Of a DNA stretch of 64,000 bases, positions 55,513 through 64,000 are shown piece after piece. Both the position numbers and the translations under genes were made by a program. The stretch is taken from positions 21,576,001 through 21,640,000 of the forward strand of contig OZ024759.1 of the NCBI GenBank assembly GCA_964016885.1, written 5' to 3'. Each line of letters opens with the position of its first letter. Position 1 is the stretch's first letter. Below the pieces are notes generated by a model. The model had not been told where the DNA came from. It saw only the letters and a program-made list of their open reading frames with translations, and did not search any database. The stretch is from Eledone cirrhosa. Taxonomy: Eukaryota.

Positions 55513-57050
55513 TGTTTCTACTTTAGGCACAAGGCCAACAATTAAACAGTGCATTACTGGTAAATAATAATAATAATAATGGTTTCTTTATGATAATGCT
55601 AAAAGAAAAAAATGTAAAGAAAAGAAGAGAAAAAGGAAAGAATAAGGAAAACATCTCTTGTTAAGAATTGGCAAAATGTTGACGATATTGTTGCTGTTGT
55701 TGTCATTCTGTGCTTATCTTTGTATTAATAACCAGATTATTATTCTTGAATCGATTGGGTGTCGAATCTTTTTGTTAACTTTTGTAGAAGAAGAAGAAGA
55801 AGAAGAAGAAGAAGAAGAAAAGAAAAAAAAGAAAAGAAAAATAACAACAATAACAACAATAACAACACCTAATCTTTTTCCCTTTTGGTTAGCTACTCCT
55901 TCAAATGTAGCCAACTGTCTGTTACCACCTGCAGCGAGATTATAACGAGATCTGCAACGAGATTGCAGCTTACTGCCTCTCATCCATAAGAAAGAAAGAA
56001 ACAACTAACACACATACACATATATACATATGTATATATATATCTCTCTCTCTATCTGTCTCTCTATATATATACATGCAAACATGCATATACACACACA
56101 CACACTCACACACACACATATATATATATATATAAAGTGTAGGTGCGCATAAATATGAATACATATACATATATATATTCATATTTATGCGCACCCACAC
56201 TTACTTAAGATCAATATTCATTCTGTTCTATATACATGCATTTAATCGATAAATACTGATCGAACGCATAAATTGAAAACAAAAAAAACCAACAACATCA
56301 AAAACCCCAAAGCAACAAAAAAGCAACAAAAAATAAAAAAATAAATAAAAAGAAAAAAAGGGGGAAATTCTATGTGGTCCATTAATGTATTCTTCTGAAG
56401 ACTATAAAGGTACAAGAGGGATTATATTACATGGAATGGAAATATCGAGCAGGGAATTGAATCAATGGCGAATTTTTATTCGTGGAAGTATTTCCTTCGC
56501 TGGTAAGAGGCGTGTTGGCGGGAAATAATGTCTTTCATCTTCATAACAAATTATAATATGAATCGTTTTGAAAGCAAAGATATTTACTCACCTTTTCAGG
56601 ATACACTTTTCTTCGGTTTGTAAGAGATATGATGATGTGGTCATGGCTGGAGAGGATAGAGGATAGAGGAAAAAACTGAAATACGAACGACAAATAATAT
56701 GTTGAATAGGAAACAAAAAAGTGAAGATTAGCTTAGCTAAGTGAGATGATGTGATAAAATATACATATACACACATGCACACACATATACACACATACAC
56801 GTACAGATGCATACACTGATATATACACATATACACAGAAATAAGCATATAGGTAATGATACATATACACACATGTACACACATACGCACACATACAGAT
56901 AGACACAGAAATACACACACAGGTACAAATAGACACAGAAATACACACATATACACATATACACAGAAATACACACATATAGGTAATGATACATACACAC
57001 ACATGTACACACATACACACATATACACAGAGCTACAGATAGACACAGAA

Positions 57051-57098
<48 letters not shown>

Positions 57099-57668
57099 AC
57101 AGCTACACACACACATACATACACATACACCCACATATACACATACACAGAGCTACAGATAGACACAGAAATACACATATATACACAGAAATACACACAT
57201 ATAGGTAATGATACATACACACACATACACACACATTCATACAGATACATGCACGCATATATATACAGAAATACACACATACAGGGAATGATACATACAC
57301 ACACATATACACAGATGCAGATACTCACACACATATACACACAAGGATACAGACAGACAGGAAATACACACACACTCGTACATATACACACACACTGGTG
57401 CAGTCACTCATACACATGCATACATACACACACAGGTACTGAAAGACACACAGATACACATACATACACACACACCCACAGATACACATACACACATACA
57501 CACACAGAGAAATGCACAGACACACACACACATACACACAGAGGTACAGAAAGAGACACAGATACGCACACAGCCAGGTGCAGATACACACATACACACA
57601 CATACACACACAAAAAGAGATGCACAGACACACACACACACACACATATATACACACAGGTACACATG

Positions 57669-57726
<58 letters not shown>

Positions 57727-57851
57727 CACTCACACGCGTATATAATTATAAAATGAAAGTATCTACAGTAAAAAGTATCTACAGTAAAAAGTATCTCCAG
57801 AACATATAAGAATGTCAAATACAGAATACATCAAGGCATCTCATATATACA

Positions 57852-57935
57852 CAGGGTGTCCCCCAAACAATGTATACATAGATTTATATTTATTAGAATG
57901 CTGTTGAATGTGTATACATTTTTGGGGACACCCTG
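57852..57935. mobile_element. Tc1/mariner-type MITE
   Basis: TIRs CAGGGTGTCCCC / GGGGACACCCTG; homologous to 31746-31845. Confidence 0.8.
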
Positions 57936-57949
57936 TATATATATATATA

Positions 57950-58179
57950 TAGGAAAAAGTATGACCCCGACGGCAGAGCTCAAGCCGTTTCGACGGCTAT
58001 TTCTGGACTAACCAGACTTAGTCCAGAAATAGCCGTCGAAACGGCTTGAGCTCTGCCGTCGAAACGGCTTGGGCTCTGCCGTCGGGGTCATACTTTTTCC
58101 TATTTCCCATTCTACTACCCTAAGTATTGAGAACTCTGGTGCGTTATGGTCCATCTGGTTCCTTACCACAATTCTTTTG

Positions 58180-58185
<6 letters not shown>
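57950..58185. mobile_element. Fold-back element family P2 with longer arms and an internal tandem duplication
   Basis: Palindrome centred on CTAACCAGACTTAG (~58008-58021); GAAACGGCTTG(A/G)GCTCTGCCGTC duplicated. Confidence 0.8.
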
Positions 58186-58215
<30 letters not shown>

Positions 58216-58698
58216 ATAATAATAAATGTGAAGACTAAAATCCGAAGAGGACTCGATAAGGATAATATATATATATATAAATATATAAAACCCGCAGAGC
58301 AAATAAATAAATAAATATATATAGTAATAATAATAAATTAGAAGACTAAAATCCAAAGCGATTCTTTGCTTAAACTTTAATCTGTTATTTTAATAAATAA
58401 ATAAATATATATATATAAATGAAGTAATTCTGTCGGAAAGGTCAGAAAAAAGTGCTCTATGTAGGTTACAGAGCTTATAACTAATAAGGTATCGTTTAAG
58501 GTAATCGAGCTAGAGATTGTGAGTACTCTGTTTAACGTAGGGCTTTGTTTGACTCAACAAGAAGTTTCCTTAGTCAGGTGGCCAGTTTAAGAGAGTTCCT
58601 AGGCAGGCGGTCCTTGGAGTAATAATAGTTAAAGAATGAAGAATAACGTGGTCAGCCGATCATGTTATTCTTCATTCTTTTACTATATATATACATAA

Positions 58699-58813
<115 letters not shown>

Positions 58814-60033
58814 TATCTGCACCTGTGTATGTGTGCGTATTTCTGTGTCAATATATATATATATATACATGTGTGTGTGTGTGTAGTTAGAATGTCTCAG
58901 GAAAGAATCGTTGGACAGATTTTACGGCCAAAACCAACTCCCGAGGGTGTCTTAGGGACGCCGTATTGACATTCGGCGTTTCTAGGGTATATTCAAACCT
59001 GGCGGAGCCCATCTCTCTCTCTCTGTCTCCCTCTCTCTCTCCGTCTCTCCTCCTCTCTCTATCTCTCTCTCCAGGTCGGACTATCGCAGATTTCTTTTTG
59101 AAAAGGATATAATATATGAGAGAATGGAAGTGAGAAAGCGATATAGAAAATAAATCGACCCCAGTACTTGATTGGTACTTCTTTATCGACCTCGAATGAA
59201 TGAAAGGCACGGTTGACGTCTACGGGATTTGAACTCAGAGAGCAAGGATCTGAAACAAATACCACAAGGTATTTTATCCGCCGTTCTAGCAACTCTGACA
59301 ATTTCACCGCCTATATTTCATAAGAGAGACAACGCAAAGTCTGAAATAGGCGTTGAACGCACAATCGATGTGTTGTTAGTAAAATGAATTCACCACTCGG
59401 CTATTTCACTTCTGTTAATATATTGTTTGATGTGTATTGTTAAAATACCCACCTATTGTAATATCTTCACTATTTTAATCCCTAACAATGGCAAACAATA
59501 TTTATGAGAAAGAATTTAGGATTTTGATGAAGAAAATTAAAATAACGTTGACATGGCAACATTCCTATCATAGACAATCATTACACAAATTTCCCGAGCC
59601 TAGAGCTTCGCTGATAAAGCAATAACAACGTTTATTCAAAGCAACGACAGATTAATATTCCTTTATTAACATTTTACAGCTAAACATTAGTGTTGTCCGA
59701 TCTATTTCCCCAAGAAGTCATTAAAAAAGTCTGAATAAATATTTGTCGGTTTAAAAAGATGATTATCGGATAAAACAATGATGACTCCACCTTTGTTTTA
59801 GCAGTTTAAATAATGTTATTGATTTAGGAATGGTTAAATGGGATTAGATTTTTTCTACTTTAATGCACCCCCTCTCCCTCCCCAAAAAACATCTCCCTAG
59901 GACCCATATCCTTATTGGGATTTTTCTCTCTTGAAGGTCAGCCTGATCACAAAAATAATAATAATTGTTTCTACTTTTGGCACAAGGCCAACAATCACCC
60001 CAGTGCATTACTGGTGCTTTATTTTATCGACGT

Positions 60034-60288
60034 GAAGGCGCATGGATTTCTGGTTAGGGTATTCAGCTCACAATCGTAAGGTCGTGAGTTCGATTCCCAG
60101 CGGCGCGTTGTGTCCTTGAGGAAAACACTTTATTTCACGTTCCTCCAGTTCACTCAGCTGGCAAAAATGAGTTGTACCTGTAGTTCGAAGGACCAGCCTT
60201 GTCACACACTGTGTCAAACTGAATCTCCCTGAGAACTACGTAAAACGTAAGCGTGTATGTGAAATGCTCAGCCACTTGCACGTTAATA
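60034..60288 (+). mobile_element. tRNA-headed SINE family B (CORE-like)
   Basis: TGGTTAGG A-box remnant, GAGTTCGATTCCC B box, GTTGTGTCCTTGAGGAAAACACTTTA CORE-like motif. Body matches 8210-8490 and 19760-19830. Confidence 0.8.
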
Positions 60289-60831
60289 AAGCTAGATAGA
60301 TAGATAAGCAGACATACAGACAGACAGATAGATAGATAGACATATAGCTAGATAGATATGTTTCTTTTATTTGCCACCAGGGCATCAAAAGTGGGACAAG
60401 TACAATGGGGGGAGTTTACAAAACAAGGCGTCCTCAATAAGGAGGAGGCAATAAGCAGACATACAGACAGACAGATAGATAGATAGACATCTAGATAGAT
60501 AGATAAGCAGACATACAGACAGATAGATAGATAGACATATAGCTAGATAGATAGATATATAGATAAGATAGATAGATAGGTAAATAGATCGAAAGATGTA
60601 TATATATATATAGAGAGAGAGAGAGAGAAAGAGAGAGAGTTAGAGATCAATACATAGAGCTATCGTTGGTGGAAACTATAGTAAAAAATGATGAAAGTAA
60701 AGGTTGACATCTTTGAATGACAATGAGATAGTTATAGGTAATAATAAGTACGTTTACACCTGTAATTAGCCATAGGTGAGGAAGTATTTTTACACCTGTA
60801 ATATATTCCTGTTAAGTGGGTGGTACGTTTG

Positions 60832-61857
<1,026 letters not shown>

Positions 61858-62057
61858 NNNNNNNNNNNNNNNNNNNNNNNNNNNNNNNNNNNNNNNNNNN
61901 NNNNNNNNNNNNNNNNNNNNNNNNNNNNNNNNNNNNNNNNNNNNNNNNNNNNNNNNNNNNNNNNNNNNNNNNNNNNNNNNNNNNNNNNNNNNNNNNNNNN
62001 NNNNNNNNNNNNNNNNNNNNNNNNNNNNNNNNNNNNNNNNNNNNNNNNNNNNNNNNN
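61858..62057. other. Assembly gap (200 N)
   Basis: Run of N; the round size suggests a scaffolding placeholder. Confidence 0.99.
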
Positions 62058-62394
62058 CAAATTTTACGTGGGGACGGGAAGCTAAAAAGAATCAATCTTT
62101 TAGTTCCTGTCAGAAGCTCCCAGCCAACGTGTCTCACACGCAAATTATCAAGGGGTGAAAAGATGGCTATTAGAAATAGCAGTTCACATTGATATAAAAT
62201 AGAATGGTAACATTCGGTTCATGTCTCCAAGCCCCATGGCTAGAGGAAAGCGATGGTAACAATGGTAGTGCCAAGAAGCTTTAACGGACTTTAAATGCGA
62301 TCATATATATATAAATTATTCCGGGTTGAATCGGAGGTAACCACAGTAAGTAAGGTACTCAATACACAGCAGAGTATAAAAGTTTTAAAATAGA

Positions 62395-62496
62395 AGAGTT
62401 TCTACAGGACTAGAACTGTTTCATTCGTGAGAAATCATCAGGGAGCTCACTGATGATTTCTCACGAATGAAACAGTTCTAGTCCTGTAGAAGCTCT
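62395..62496. ncRNA. Back-to-back inverted hammerhead pair sharing a GAGCTC centre
   Basis: Both strands read GAGCTC(C/A)-CTGATGA-T-TTC-TCAC-GAA-T-GAAACAG-TTCTAGTC-CT-GTA-GAA(A/G)CTC. A related mutated copy lies at ~53543-53597. Confidence 0.7.
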
Positions 62497-62906
62497 ACTA
62501 TATTAAAACTTACGTCTCTTATATTATTGTTCTGCAACCCCATGCATTGAACCACAATGTTAAGACAAAACCTATATATTTGCTAGCATCGATATACATC
62601 TGTATGTATATATATGTTAGTAGATATAAATTCTTTATTATTATCTCCAAAATATTTGTCGAGCAATACTGGCCATGACTGCTGCTACGGTAGTAGGCTG
62701 GCCGCTGTCTTATTAACAACCCACTTTCCACCGATTGACCTCGATGTCACGTGTTCGATTCTCTTTGAATTTGCCACAGACACAGAGGCAGTGATTTTCT
62801 CAATGGCTAGGAGGTAAGTCCACGCTTTGCTATTTCCTATTCACTGATTTATTTTTTAATAAGCTTCCAGAGTCCTCGCTTTCCCTGGAAACTTATATGA
62901 GAATAG

Positions 62907-62988
62907 ACTTTCCTGATGACGGGATGTTTCTTTACACCTTCTTCGGAAGATGTATCTACTCCATTCCAGAAACTAATTAGTTGGAAGT
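62907..62988 (+). ncRNA. Type I hammerhead ribozyme with 49-nt stem II capped by C(UUCG)G
   Basis: ACTTTC-CTGATGA-C-GGGATG...TACA-C-CTTC-TTCG-GAAG-A-TGTA...CATTCC-A-GAAAC-TAATTA-GTT-GGAAGT, with palindromic stem III ACTAATTAGT. Confidence 0.85.
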
Positions 62989-63042
62989 GATATTTTAGTA
63001 AGTAAGTTAATTTTATAATTTTCTTATCTTACGTCTCTTATC

Positions 63043-63123
<81 letters not shown>

Positions 63124-63124
63124 A

Positions 63125-63306
<182 letters not shown>

Positions 63307-64000
63307 AATATATATATATATATTTATATATTTCATCAAACGATAAATCTACAGTTGTATACATCATATCCTGAACATGTTTTAACATCATCTCATTATT
63401 ATTATCATCATTATTTTTGAGAGGTTCGTGAGAGGAGCAGAGTATTCAGACACGCATTTCAGAGGGCCCTATCAGAAACGACCGACCCTACATTAGTTTA
63501 TAAATAGGGTGTTTAAAAAAATTGATATCAATGGCCTAACCCTAAGATTGTCACATTAAAATATGTATTGTGACTTAGTGTTACAATGTTGACAAATTTT
63601 GGAGAATAAATCTTATGTTGCTCAACATTAAGCCTGCTCAGTCTTGTTGTCCTAGATTTCGTAGTTTCTGGGATATTTACATCTCAAATGATATCTAATT
63701 TTTAAATAACCTCTAAATCGCGAAGAACGCTCGTACATATGCATTGTTATGAGGTCTTTTGTAATTCAAGGGATTTCCTAAAATCTCTACATTAAATACT
63801 AATATTGCATAACAAACTTACACTCAGATCGACATCAAATCTTACACTGTCAGTATTATTTCAACAGGTTTTCTGTGACAGCCTACACGCTTCCTTATAT
63901 GACTTAGGGTTTTATAAGAGCGAAATGTTTTTGAAATTTACAAGTACGAAAGGCTGAGAGTTAAAGTTGACCTCGACAGGATTTGAACTCAGAGAATAAA

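Overview
AT-rich, microsatellite-saturated eukaryotic genomic DNA. It is most consistent with an octopus/coleoid cephalopod; this is inferred from the SINE families and giant (TA)n arrays and was not verified. The only supportable host gene is the 5' part of an M17 leucyl aminopeptidase (LAP3-like) on the minus strand: four GT-AG exons at 5373-529, continuing off the left edge. The remaining ~58 kb contains tRNA-derived SINEs, DNA-transposon MITEs (hAT, piggyBac-, Tc1/mariner- and pogo-like), decayed LINE fragments (RTE, L1/Tx1), Penelope-like RT and GIY-YIG fragments, minisatellites, multi-kb (TA)n tracts and a 200-N gap. Nearly all ORFs in the supplied track are microsatellite artefacts. The most striking unannotated signal is a dense set of type I hammerhead ribozyme (HHR) motifs, folded by eye: about a dozen loci with an intact core plus several decayed copies, from at least 10 unrelated sequence families. 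They have short, mostly palindromic stem III and recurrent non-canonical 10.1/11.1 pairs, and several carry 49-105 nt stem II insertions. They sit in short non-coding, often fold-back elements inserted in (TA)n, next to Penelope-like coding relics, and one intact copy lies sense within LAP intron 1. No folding program, database search or activity assay was run.
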